Below are positions 1 to 9,745 of a stretch of DNA of 64,000 nt, in pieces. A program made the position numbers and the translations under genes. The notes under the pieces were generated by a model. It made no database searches, was not told where the DNA came from, and saw nothing but the letters and a program-made list of their open reading frames with translations. How positions within the stretch are numbered: position 1 is the first letter of the stretch; the number at the start of each line of letters is the position of its first letter. The stretch comes from Planctomycetota bacterium (lineage in GTDB: Bacteria > Planctomycetota > PLA2 > JAEUHO01): assembly GCA_965223505.1 (NCBI GenBank), contig CBDCWP010000044.1, forward strand, positions 32,001-96,000, given 5' to 3'.

Positions 1-3000
1 TCGACCCGGCCCTTGACCGGGATCCGCAATGCCGTGATCGCCTCCTGGGCGTCCAGCAGCGGCGTGAACCGGTTCATCGTCTGTTCCGTGCAGCCGTGGG
101 GGTAGTCCATCAAGTACGGCAACGCGTTGACGATCGCGTGGACGTAGGTGGACTCGACTGTGACCCGACACTCGATCGATTCGGGATCGGCCTCTGTGGG
201 AACACGGAACGACGTGGCCGGCACGCGGTTGGCTGCCACGACGCCGCCGCGCGCCGTCGAAATGCCTTGCGGGAGAATCGGAAACATCCGCTCCACGCGG
301 TCACCGGCGCCGTCCGGGCCGACCGCCGTCGCGCGGGCGATGACGTCGCGCACACGGGCGGCTTCGATGTCCATCGACTTTGCGAGCGTGGCGCCCGGTT
401 CGAGCGTGTCCTCGTTGTACGGCAGGTACTCGCCGAGGTCTTCGGACACCGACGAGGTCCAGCGGACCGGCATCGCCGCCTCGGTCAGGTTGCGCAGCAG
501 CACGGGGATCGTGGCCACGTCGTTCTCGCGCAGGAAGCGCGGGGGCGTGACGCGCACGCTGAGCCGCTTGCGGGTGCGAATCGTCGCCTGCGCGGACCCG
601 ACGCGCGTCGCTGCGTCGACCGTGCGCGTGCTGACGCGCCAGCGCGTCAACGAGTCGGCGAGCTTCAGCTTCTCGGACGCCCGGCCGTCGGCGTCGGTGC
701 GCAGTCTCGGCGCCCACAGCGCCGAGGTGCGGAAGTCCTTGCGCACGGTCATGCCCTCCGACCGAGCGCTCATCTTGCCGTCGAGGTCGTTGTCCCCGTC
801 ACCGGCGAATAGCGTGTATTCCTGCGCGTCGGGATCCATGGGCTCTTCGGCGTCCTCTTCCTCAGCGCCGAACAGGGGAGGCTCCTCGGCCGGGAGTCCG
901 GGGGCGCCCACGTCGTCGTCACTCCCGGCGCCGCCGCATGCGGCGCCGCCGGCCGCGGTCGCCGGGGCCGCAGGCGACGTCACGGGCGCGGAGGGGTCCG
1001 GCGGCATCGCGTCCTTCTTCGGCGGCGGAATGCGCCGCATGTAGCCGACCGCGTCGTGATGGAGGAACGCGCCGGTCGAGACGTTGTTGCGCTTCGTGGC
1101 GTGGAAGAACGCGGCGATGTCCGCACCCGGATCGCCGTAGAGCGCGTGCAGCGCGTCGTCGACGACGGCCACGGCGACCTCGGCATTCGCGACCGGCTTG
1201 CCTTCCGCGTCCGTCACGCGTACGGCGACGTCGATCTCCTCGCCCGGTTCGAAGTCGGCGCCGCTGGGGTCGATGGTCGTGGTCAGCAGCTTGCGCGCGG
1301 GCGGAATGCGCAACATGCGCGTCTCGAGCAACAGCTCGCCCCGATATACGGTCACGAACGTCGCGTAGACGTTGGGAATGTGCGCGTCGGTCAGCGCGAC
1401 CTTCCAGACGCTCGTACCGGCGTCCGGCGTGAGCACCTCGTGGCGCATCAACGTCCCGCCCTCGAGCGCAGCGAGCACGGCGCGGCCGCCCTCCGGACCG
1501 CGAACGAGCAGCCGCGCGGTGTCGCCGACCGCGTAGTGGTCCTTGTCGGCAATGACGTCGAGTTCACCCGGGGTGATGCCGACCGTCGGTTGATCGCTCG
1601 CGGCCCAGACGTGGATGTGAGCACGGATGGGCGGCCCCGCCGGCTCGTCCTGCGTGCGCTGGACGGCGACGTCGAACCGATAGCGGCCTTCGAGGGGCAA
1701 GGAGACGTCGAGCCTCATCCGGCCCTGGGCGTTCGTGGTGACGGGCAGGTCGTCGACCTGGCTCTCGGTCGCGCCGGCGATGTGCGTGACGGTCAGGACC
1801 CCCGTCCGGCCCGCCGCGGGCTTCCCATCGGCCCGTTCGACCTTCACCACGACCCCGGCGATGTCCTCGAGGCCGTAGAGGTTGCCGTCGGCGTCGAGGC
1901 CGACGCGCACCGGCGCCGCGGCGACGGCGAGGCCGCCGCTGCCGTCGACGCCCATGTGGTCGGGCCCGGTCACGGTGGCCCGCAGCGTGAGGTAGCCGTC
2001 CATGCGCTCCGGCGGCGCCTCGACGTCCACCGTCAGCCGGCCCTTGCCGTCGAGACGGCCCTGCCCGGCGTTCAACGTCGTCGGTTGATACGCCTCCCGC
2101 TCCGACTCGAAAAACAGCTTCACGAGCTCGTCCGTGGGGAAGAGGTCGCGCTCGATGCGGTTGTGCGAGAGCGTCCACTGCACGTTCGCGCCGGCGAGCG
2201 CGCCGCCGTCGTAGTAGGAGGCGTCGATCGCGAACGTCGTCGTGCCGCCCGCCAGGATGCGCGCGTCCCGCGCCTTCACGCGCACCTCGAACGCGGGCTT
2301 GCGGTACGCCGCCAGGCGAAACGGCGCTTCGTAGAGATCGCCGCCGATGTCGACGACCAACGTGTAGTCACCGGTGGACGCGCTCTCCGGCGTCTCCCAG
2401 CTCGCGGCAAAGGTGCCCAGCGCCGCGTCGATCGACGCCGGCAGCTTCACCACCTCGGCGTCCGATCCGTCGAGAATCGTGAGGTTCGCCGACGTCGCGG
2501 TCGGATCGAGGGCGTACGCGCCGTTCTCGTACGCGCGGACGACGCCCTTGACGTGCACCGTCTCGCCGGGGCGATACGCCGGCTGGTTCGTGAACGCGTA
2601 GACGCGGCGGTCGTCGACCTCCGTCGGGAAATACGTCTCCGCGCCGAAGGCGAAGTGACCGTCGGCCATCGCCATTGGGGCGAGCGTGGGGGACAGCGCG
2701 TCGTCGATACTTGCCAGCCCCTGCGCGTCGGTGGTCACGGTGCGGCTGCGCACCTCGATCGCCACGTTCGGCCACGGCGCGCCGGTGCGCCGGTTCATCG
2801 CGAAGAACACGGCGCCGCGCGGATGGCGCTTGCTGACGAGCGCCATGTCGGACACGAGCGCGGTCGCGCGCGCCACCACGCGTCCGCGGCGCGCTTCGAG
2901 CAGATACAGGCCGGGCGTTGCGAGTCGGACGAAGAACGCCTCGCGCGCGCCCTTCTTGCCGTACCGGAGGCGAAACGTCTGCGGCGCCTCGGGGCCCGCC

Positions 3001-3329
3001 TTGGCCCGCAGCACACCGAGCGAGCGGTTCTTGCGAAGTGCCGCGGTGGAGCTTCGACCGGTGCCGAGCCACGCGAGGTCGTTGCCGGCGCCCAGATCGA
3101 TGCCGGCGCGCAGCAGCGCCTCGGGATGCGCCAGGCGGATCGCGCGCAGCTCGATCGCGCCGTTTCGATCCGACTGGATCTGAAGGTGAACGCGCTTCTG
3201 CGACGGCGTCGTTCGTTCGACGACGATGCCGAGCTCCTCCGCTGAAGCGGGGCCGGCCGTGACCACCCCGGCCAGCACGACGGCCGCGCACACCATGGAC
3301 AGGACGAGGGCCCGTTCGAGAGCGATCAT
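1..3329 (-). CDS. Alpha-2-macroglobulin family (MG2) protein, 3' end outside window
   Basis: Absent from the ORF track (no stop in window). ATG at 3329 after AGGAGG; signal-peptide-like N-terminus. In-frame motifs FTNQPAYRPGETVHVKG, VRKDFRTSALWAP and thioester YPHGCTEQ (CTEQ at 81-92). Confidence 0.9.
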   Translation of the reverse strand, partial: MIALERALVLSMVCAAVVLAGVVTAGPASAEELGIVVERTTPSQKRVHLQIQSDRNGAIELRAIRLAHPEALLRAGIDLGAGNDLAWLGTGRSSTAALRKNRSLGVLRAKAGPEAPQTFRLRYGKKGAREAFFVRLATPGLYLLEARRGRVVARATALVSDMALVSKRHPRGAVFFAMNRRTGAPWPNVAIEVRSRTVTTDAQGLASIDDALSPTLAPMAMADGHFAFGAETYFPTEVDDRRVYAFTNQPAYRPGETVHVKGVVRAYENGAYALDPTATSANLTILDGSDAEVVKLPASIDAALGTFAASWETPESASTGDYTLVVDIGGDLYEAPFRLAAYRKPAFEVRVKARDARILAGGTTTFAIDASYYDGGALAGANVQWTLSHNRIERDLFPTDELVKLFFESEREAYQPTTLNAGQGRLDGKGRLTVDVEAPPERMDGYLTLRATVTGPDHMGVDGSGGLAVAAAPVRVGLDADGNLYGLEDIAGVVVKVERADGKPAAGRTGVLTVTHIAGATESQVDDLPVTTNAQGRMRLDVSLPLEGRYRFDVAVQRTQDEPAGPPIRAHIHVWAASDQPTVGITPGELDVIADKDHYAVGDTARLLVRGPEGGRAVLAALEGGTLMRHEVLTPDAGTSVWKVALTDAHIPNVYATFVTVYRGELLLETRMLRIPPARKLLTTTIDPSGADFEPGEEIDVAVRVTDAEGKPVANAEVAVAVVDDALHALYGDPGADIAAFFHATKRNNVSTGAFLHHDAVGYMRRIPPPKKDAMPPDPSAPVTSPAAPATAAGGAACGGAGSDDDVGAPGLPAEEPPLFGAEEEDAEEPMDPDAQEYTLFAGDGDNDLDGKMSARSEGMTVRKDFRTSALWAPRLRTDADGRASEKLKLADSLTRWRVSTRTVDAATRVGSAQATIRTRKRLSVRVTPPRFLRENDVATIPVLLRNLTEAAMPVRWTSSVSEDLGEYLPYNEDTLEPGATLAKSMDIEAARVRDVIARATAVGPDGAGDRVERMFPILPQGISTARGGVVAANRVPATSFRVPTEADPESIECRVTVESTYVHAIVNALPYLMDYPHGCTEQTMNRFTPLLDAQEAITALRIPVKGRV

Positions 3330-3419
3330 CGGCGCCTCCTTCGAAGATCTCCCACCCCATTGGACTCCAAATCGAGCGGCGCGTGCGCGCGTTCGTGGCC
3401 CGAGGGCATACTGCGGCGC

Positions 3420-5276
3420 ATGAAACCGGCCGTCGTCCTCCTCCTGGTGCTCCTCTGCGCGCTGGCGGGCGGCGCGCCCGCCGAATCCGACGAACCGCAG
3501 CCGCTGTTCACCAATGTCGCGAAGGCGCTGGGGCTCGACGGCGTGCGGGCCAAGGACTGTGTCTTCACGGACGTGAACGGGGACGGATTCTGGGACCTGT
3601 GTCTGGACCGGCGGCGGCTGTACCTGAGTGAGGGCGGACGACGATTCGTGGCGCACGAGGCGTCCGGCATCGTCTTTCCCGAGATCCGGCGCGTGCCCGT
3701 CGGCCCGGACGGCGCGCCGCACGTCGAGAAGACGTCCACCGGCGCGTACGTCCCGCAGTACCTCTACTTCGCCGACGTGGACAACGACGGCGATCAGGAC
3801 GCGCTGTGGGGCGTCAAGTCGTGGTGGGAGGCGTTCGACGAGGCGGCGCAGACGTGGCGCTACGTGTGGTCGTGCGACCCGTTCGTGCGCAGCACCGTGT
3901 ACCTCAACGACGGCGCCGGGCGGTTCACGCCGGCCAGGCCGTCGAACTACAGCGCGCCGGCGTCGTGGGGACCGGTGATGGCCCTCGCGATCTGCGACGT
4001 GGACAACGACGGCAACCTCGACCTGTTCGAGGGGCGCGAGTACCGGCAGTACGGGCAGCTCTACGGCTGCGGCGTCGATCGTCTGTTTCGCGGCGACGGC
4101 GAGGGCGGCTTCACCGACGTGACCCGCGCGGCGGGCCTGTACACCGTGCCGGAGCCGGCCCGCGAGAACTCGTCGCGCCCGACGTACGGCGTGACGCACT
4201 GCGACTGGGACAACGACGGCGATCAGGACCTGCTGCAGCTCTCCTACGGACGGCAGTGGAACTACCTGTGGCGCAACGACGGCGACGGCACGTTCACCGA
4301 CGTCGGCAAGGCCACGAGCTTCGCGGCGGACGACATCACACACGGCCGGTACCCGGCAGCCGTCCAGCAGCTCATGAAGGAACGCGGCCTGCCGCCGCGC
4401 GAGGACGAGAAGCCGTTTCGCAGCAACGGCAACACGTTCGACTTCGCGATCGGCGACTTCGACAACGACGGCGACCTCGACGGGTTCATGGGGGAGATCG
4501 CACACTGGTGGGCGGGCGAGGCGTCGGACCTCCCGTCCATTCTCGTCAACGGCGGGAAGGCGAACGACTTCCGGTTCGCGCGCAGGACCGTCCGCGAGAT
4601 GTTGCCGGAGCGGACCTTCCGTAGCGAGCGCTGGAACTTCGGCGACCTGCACGCCGCCTGGCTCGACTACGACAACGACACGCGGCTCGACCTGTTGATC
4701 GGGTCCGGCGACTACCCCGACGGACAGTTCCTGCGGCTGTATCGCCAGACCGCCGACGGCACGTTCGACGAGGTGACGGAGATCGCCGGTTTCGACTGGG
4801 AGGGCTGCGGCAGCCTGAGCATCGGCGACTACGACCGCGACGGGGACGTGGACATCCTGGCGGGGCGTTCCTTCATGCGCCTGGACCAGGCGCATCGCGA
4901 CAAGTACATGGGCGGCATCGCGGTCAATGCGGTCGGGCTGTTTCGCAACGACGTGGCCGATCGCAACGGCAACCACTGGCTGAACGTGCGCTTGCGCGGC
5001 AAGGGCGCAGGCGGTTCGAACCGAAGCGGCCTGGGGGCGCGCGTCGAGGTGACGACGGGAGAGGTGACGCAGATCCGGGAGCTACGGGGCGGCAGCGGGC
5101 TTTCGAATCACCAGGATCCGCCCGAAGCGTGCTTCGGTCTCGGGACGGCGACGGTCGTGGATCGTCTGGTGGTGCGCTGGCCCCGCCGGGATCGAACGCC
5201 GCAGGTGTTCACGAACGTCCCGGCGGACCGGTTCGTCGTCGTCGTCGAAGACCGGGCGATGTTGGTGTTCCCGTAG
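3420..5276 (+). CDS. CRTAC1 family protein (FG-GAP/VCBS repeats + ASPIC/UnbV)
   Basis: Signal peptide MKPAVVLLLV; repeated DxDNDGDxD motifs; C-terminal NHWLNVRLRG..SNRSGLGARV..FGLG..VVRWP. Confidence 0.9.
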   Translation: MKPAVVLLLVLLCALAGGAPAESDEPQPLFTNVAKALGLDGVRAKDCVFTDVNGDGFWDLCLDRRRLYLSEGGRRFVAHEASGIVFPEIRRVPVGPDGAPHVEKTSTGAYVPQYLYFADVDNDGDQDALWGVKSWWEAFDEAAQTWRYVWSCDPFVRSTVYLNDGAGRFTPARPSNYSAPASWGPVMALAICDVDNDGNLDLFEGREYRQYGQLYGCGVDRLFRGDGEGGFTDVTRAAGLYTVPEPARENSSRPTYGVTHCDWDNDGDQDLLQLSYGRQWNYLWRNDGDGTFTDVGKATSFAADDITHGRYPAAVQQLMKERGLPPREDEKPFRSNGNTFDFAIGDFDNDGDLDGFMGEIAHWWAGEASDLPSILVNGGKANDFRFARRTVREMLPERTFRSERWNFGDLHAAWLDYDNDTRLDLLIGSGDYPDGQFLRLYRQTADGTFDEVTEIAGFDWEGCGSLSIGDYDRDGDVDILAGRSFMRLDQAHRDKYMGGIAVNAVGLFRNDVADRNGNHWLNVRLRGKGAGGSNRSGLGARVEVTTGEVTQIRELRGGSGLSNHQDPPEACFGLGTATVVDRLVVRWPRRDRTPQVFTNVPADRFVVVVEDRAMLVFP

Positions 5277-5435
5277 GGGCGACCCTCGTGGTCGCCCAAT
5301 GAAGTGCGTTCAACCCCCGCTTGGGCAGCCACAAGGGCTGCCCCTACGTGCGAAAGGCCTGTAGGGGAGACCCTTGTGGTCGCCCAATGCAGTGCGTTCA
5401 ACCCCTGCTCGGGCAGCCACAAGGGCTGCCCCTAC
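5273..5435. repeat. BIME-like cluster of four GTAG-type REPs (two head-to-head pairs)
   Basis: GTAGGGGCGACCCTCGTGGTCGCCC 5273-5297, GGGCAGCCACAAGGGCTGCCCCTAC 5323-5347, repeated at 5361-5385 and 5411-5435 with similar spacers. Confidence 0.9.
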
Positions 5436-6691
5436 GTCGCTTCCCGCATGAGGTTGCGCGCCAACAACCGCACCGCGCCGCGCTCGTCGGCCTTGCGCAC
5501 GATCAACCGCAAGCCCGGCGGCAGCTCGACCTCGTCGTCCTTCACGGGGATGCGCGCCAAGCGCTCCTGCAACAACCCGTTGACTGTGGTGTTCTCTTCC
5601 TCGTGGCTCTCAAAGTCGACCGGGCACTGCAGGAACCGCGCGACGTCGCGCACGCGCGTGAGGCCGTGAATCAGCGCCGCCGTTCGCGACACCCGCTTCA
5701 CCAGTCCCTCGGAGACGTCGTTGTCGTCGATCGCCTCGCCGACGAGCTCCTCGACAAGGTCGTCCATCGTGATGATGCCCTCGGTCACGCCGTACTCGTC
5801 GATGACGACCGCCATCTTCCCGTGCCCGGCCTGCAGGTCGCACAGCACGTCGTCGACCTTCTTCGACATCGGCAGGAAGAGTGCCGGCTCCATCGTCTCC
5901 CCGACCGTCTTGCTCTCGTTGCCCTTGACCAGCTCGGCGAGCGCGCCATGGATCGGCAGCGTGCCCGTGACGGTGTCGAGGTCGTTCTCGTAGACGGGGA
6001 ATTGGCTGTGGTTCGAGGTCAACAGCTCGTCCCGGATCTCTCCGAGCGTCTGTCCCGCCTCGAACGCGTGCACCAGCTTGCGCGGCGTCATGACGTCGGC
6101 CGCCGTGATGTCGTCGAGGCGGAAGACGCGCCGGATCAGTTCGGCCTCCTCGGGATCGATGTGCCCTTCTTCCTGGCCGAGGCGGGCCAGCTCGCGAATC
6201 TCGTGCTCCTGACCCGAGGTCACGCGGCTGCGCGGGCGCGCCCAGGACACGACGAACTCCACCATCATCACGAGCGGCGTGAGGATGCGCCGCACCCACA
6301 CGAGCACCGGCGAGACCCGCCCGGCGATCAGCTCCGGGAGCGCCTCGCCCAGGACTTTCGGGACGATCTCGCCGAACGCGATGATCAGGAATGTCCACAG
6401 GCAGAGAAACCCCGACATCCATGCCGGGCTGTCGAGCGGGTGGACCGTGACGGCGACGGCGGAGATCGCGCCCGTGCCGCCGATCGCGAAGACGTTGTTG
6501 AGGAAGACGATCGAGGCCAGCGTGCGACCCGGGTCGCGGCGCAGCTGTAGCAGGCGCTTCGCCCAGCGGTCCCCGGCCTCGATACGAACGCGAATGCGCG
6601 CCTGGCTCGAGGAAAGCAACGCGGCTTCACTCAGCGAGCAGAAAAAGGATCCCGCCAGGGTGATGAGGCAATAGACGGCGAGTTCGATCAT
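5432..6691 (-). CDS. CNNM/hemolysin family protein (DUF21 + CBS pair + CorC/HlyC)
   Basis: SFFCSLSEAALLS, FGEIVPK, DVMTPR, HSQFPVYE, VVIDEYG..GIITMDDLVEELVGE, TTVNG. Confidence 0.92.
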   Translation of the reverse strand: MIELAVYCLITLAGSFFCSLSEAALLSSSQARIRVRIEAGDRWAKRLLQLRRDPGRTLASIVFLNNVFAIGGTGAISAVAVTVHPLDSPAWMSGFLCLWTFLIIAFGEIVPKVLGEALPELIAGRVSPVLVWVRRILTPLVMMVEFVVSWARPRSRVTSGQEHEIRELARLGQEEGHIDPEEAELIRRVFRLDDITAADVMTPRKLVHAFEAGQTLGEIRDELLTSNHSQFPVYENDLDTVTGTLPIHGALAELVKGNESKTVGETMEPALFLPMSKKVDDVLCDLQAGHGKMAVVIDEYGVTEGIITMDDLVEELVGEAIDDNDVSEGLVKRVSRTAALIHGLTRVRDVARFLQCPVDFESHEEENTTVNGLLQERLARIPVKDDEVELPPGLRLIVRKADERGAVRLLARNLMREAT

Positions 6692-6766
6692 CGGATGCCG
6701 ACGATGTCGGCCGGTCGCGCTCCCACGTAGGATGTCTGGCCGCGTACTTTATCAAGGAGCACACCC

Positions 6767-9040
6767 GTGGCCCGCATTCCGCGCATGGACGTCCTCAACA
6801 CGCCGATCAAGGCGTTGCTGGGGCTCGGGATCGGGTTGTTGATCGCGGCGGTCTTGTGGTGGTTGCGCGACACGAAGGCCCTGGAGATCGCCGAGCTCAA
6901 TCTCGTCGACGTCCGTACCCGGCACTTCGTCGGGACCCGCAATCCGGACTCGCGCATCATCCTCTCCGTGGTGAACGAAAACGACGTGCGGGACATGGCG
7001 GCGCTGCGCGGACACAAGTGGCCGTGGCCGCAGGGCGAGGTCCAGGCGGGCGCGCCCCAACTCCTCAAGGCGGCCGGCGCGAAGGCACTCCTTCTGGACT
7101 TCCTGTTCCTCGACAGCGGCAAGGACCCGAGCGAACTTGCCGAGGACATGCGCGGCATGTGGCTCGCCCAGACCCAGTTGGAAGCCGAGGAAGCGCAAGC
7201 GCTCGGCGCGTCGCTCCGCGACTTCGGCGGAGGCGTCGTCGGGTTCAACAATCCCAGGGACGCGATCTGGGAGACACCTCTGCGTCGTCCACTGGCTCTG
7301 GAGCGGCTGGCGTTCTCCAAGAGCGACGACGTGGACATCGTTTCCAGTCGGCGCCTGGAGCGCCCGAAAGCGAATCTGCCGGTTCCAGGTGTGTTGGCCG
7401 GCGCACGGCTGCTCGGTCTGGTCAACATGCTCACGGATGACGACGGCATCGTGCGGCAGTCGGCCATTGCCGGAACGTGGGGCGGGCGCAAGGTGCCGAC
7501 GGCGGGCGCGGCAGCGGCTTCGATCTTCGTCGACGGCGAGGTGGTGTTCGATGGCGGCAGCGTGCGTTTCGGCGACTTCGAGCAGCCGCTGTCGGAAGAC
7601 GGCACCTTCCTAGTCAACTTTCGAGACTGGACGGGCGACGGGTTCGATACGGTCTACGCATACGACCTCATGGACGCGTACTACTATCTCGACGAGACCA
7701 ACAAACCTGATACGCCGCAGGATCTGGCCGATTGGAACGAGAGTCGCAAGCACGCGCTCGCTCTCAAGGACAAGCTCGAGGGCAAGATCGTCATCTACGG
7801 GGTGAATTTCGGCGCCGCGGAAGACGTCGTGGCGACGCCCACGTCCGAGCAGTACCTGGGCCCCGCTTTCCACGCGACCGTGATCGACAACCTGCTGCAC
7901 GGTGACGGACGGGTACGCGTCGCCGCCAGCACCAACACGCTCGTCCTCTTCGGTTTGTGCGCGGTGCTCGGCGTGTTCGGCGCGACGACCCGTCGGCGTT
8001 GGTTGCCGCACGCGCTGCCGCCCGTCGTCGCGATCGGCCTCGGGTGGATCGCGTTCTGGATGTTCGAAGGCGGCCGCTCGATCGACCTGGTGACTCCCTG
8101 GATGGGCATTCTGTTCACGTGGGTCGCAACCAGCGCACTCCGTCTGGTCACCGAGGGCCGCCGCAACAAGTGGCTCGAGAACACGTTCGGGCGGTACCTG
8201 TCGCCCGAAGTCATCGCAGCGCTCAAGGACGACCCGACGCGGCTGGCGCTCGGCGGACGCCGGCGCGACCTGACGATCTTCTTCAGCGACGTCGCCGGGT
8301 TCACGTCGCTCTCCGAGAAGCTCATGGCCGAAGAGGTCGTGCTGCTGCTCAACCGGTACCTCACCGGACAGTCCGAAGAGGTCATGTCCCAGAACGGCGT
8401 CATCGACAAATTCGAGGGCGACGCGATCATGGCGTTCTTCGGCGACCCGCTGGACATGCCGGACCACGCCGTGCACGGCTGCCGCGCCGCCGTGCGCTGC
8501 ATGAACGCGCTGCCGAAGCTCGAGCCGCTGTGGCGCGAGTTCGGCCTCGAGGGATTCGCCATTCGCATCGGGCTCAACTCGGGCCACGCGCTGGTCGGCA
8601 ACATGGGCAGCGAGCGGCGCTTCGACTACACGTGCATGGGCGATCCCGTGAACCTCGCGGCGCGGCTCGAAGGCGCCAACAAGGCGTTCGGCTCGAAGAT
8701 CATGATCGGCCCGCAGACCTACGACGACGCCAAGGACCACATCCTCGCCAAGCGCCTGGCCGACCTCGTCGTGGTGGGCAAGAAGCAGGCGGTGGCTGTC
8801 TACGAGCTCGTCGCCATGGCCGACGACGCGACGGACGAGCAGCGGGCCCACGTCGAGGCGTTCAACCGGGCGCACGAGGCCGCCCGCGCGGGGGACCCTG
8901 CGGCCGCCCGGGCGGCGCTCGACGAGGCGGAGGCCCATGCGCCGGGTGACGGGCCGGTCGCCTGGCTGCGGGGACTCGTCGACGAGCTGGAGGCTGAAAA
9001 CAGGGCCTGGGACGGTTCGTACACTCTCGACCGCAAGTAA
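6767..9040 (+). CDS. CHASE2-domain class III adenylate cyclase
   Basis: AAGGAG RBS; KWPWP and DDDGIVR CHASE2 motifs; three TM helices; FSDVAGFT, DKFEGD, RIGLNSG, DYTCMGDPVNLAARLEG. Confidence 0.93.
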   Translation: MARIPRMDVLNTPIKALLGLGIGLLIAAVLWWLRDTKALEIAELNLVDVRTRHFVGTRNPDSRIILSVVNENDVRDMAALRGHKWPWPQGEVQAGAPQLLKAAGAKALLLDFLFLDSGKDPSELAEDMRGMWLAQTQLEAEEAQALGASLRDFGGGVVGFNNPRDAIWETPLRRPLALERLAFSKSDDVDIVSSRRLERPKANLPVPGVLAGARLLGLVNMLTDDDGIVRQSAIAGTWGGRKVPTAGAAAASIFVDGEVVFDGGSVRFGDFEQPLSEDGTFLVNFRDWTGDGFDTVYAYDLMDAYYYLDETNKPDTPQDLADWNESRKHALALKDKLEGKIVIYGVNFGAAEDVVATPTSEQYLGPAFHATVIDNLLHGDGRVRVAASTNTLVLFGLCAVLGVFGATTRRRWLPHALPPVVAIGLGWIAFWMFEGGRSIDLVTPWMGILFTWVATSALRLVTEGRRNKWLENTFGRYLSPEVIAALKDDPTRLALGGRRRDLTIFFSDVAGFTSLSEKLMAEEVVLLLNRYLTGQSEEVMSQNGVIDKFEGDAIMAFFGDPLDMPDHAVHGCRAAVRCMNALPKLEPLWREFGLEGFAIRIGLNSGHALVGNMGSERRFDYTCMGDPVNLAARLEGANKAFGSKIMIGPQTYDDAKDHILAKRLADLVVVGKKQAVAVYELVAMADDATDEQRAHVEAFNRAHEAARAGDPAAARAALDEAEAHAPGDGPVAWLRGLVDELEAENRAWDGSYTLDRK

Positions 9041-9115
9041 AGCGCTCGTTTGCGTCCAGTCATTGCCACGTGTGCGATGCCCCCGTAGCCTGACGGGGTT
9101 GAGGAGGACATTCTG

Positions 9116-9745
9116 ATGCGACTCGTAGCTGTTCTCGCGGTTGTGGCCGCGTCCGTCATCTGGCCGAACCTGGAGCCCGCGGCGGCGGATCCCGCCGACA
9201 TCGAGGTGGGCGCCCAGCGCGCGATCCTGTCACGCAACGGCACCCCGATCGTGGCGGAGCCCAAGATCCGGGCCAAGGCCGTCAAGGTCCTGCCTCACGG
9301 AACGCGCGTCCGCGTCGACGAGGTCCAGGGCGCCTGGCTGCGTGTGACCGTGTTCGAGAACGACACCCCCGGCGAGACGGGCTGGCTGCGCGCGAACAAG
9401 ACGGTCGAGCCCTTCGCGTTGACGCAGGGTGGCCAGTACCGACGGGGCGCACGTCCGCGCGGTACGCGTTCCATCAGCGCGCGGGATCGGACGGCCGCCG
9501 GACGGCAGCTCGACGAGTCCTCCGAGAAGACCCACAAGCAGGCGAGCAGCGCCGAGATTCGTCGTGCCTACGACCTGCTCGACAAGATCGAGGCGACCAA
9601 GCCGACGGTCGAAGAGATCAACGACTTCCGTGCGCAAGGCAGGCTCGGGCGGCCGTCCGTTGCGCGCGTCGTCAAGCAGCCCGTCGTCGAGCCGGAAGCG
9701 CCGGCCGAGGAAGCGCCGGCCGGTGAATCGGCAGGGGGGAAGTAG
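9116..9745 (+). CDS. Exported SH3-domain protein
   Basis: Signal peptide; LPHGTRVRV..GAWLRV..TGWL bacterial SH3 pattern; RTAAGRQL then a helical tail. Confidence 0.75.
   Translation: MRLVAVLAVVAASVIWPNLEPAAADPADIEVGAQRAILSRNGTPIVAEPKIRAKAVKVLPHGTRVRVDEVQGAWLRVTVFENDTPGETGWLRANKTVEPFALTQGGQYRRGARPRGTRSISARDRTAAGRQLDESSEKTHKQASSAEIRRAYDLLDKIEATKPTVEEINDFRAQGRLGRPSVARVVKQPVVEPEAPAEEAPAGESAGGK

Noticed and set aside
5273..5435. Possible CRISPR array
   Set aside because: Alternating inverted palindromes with similar spacers, dispersed copies and no cas genes: these are REPs.
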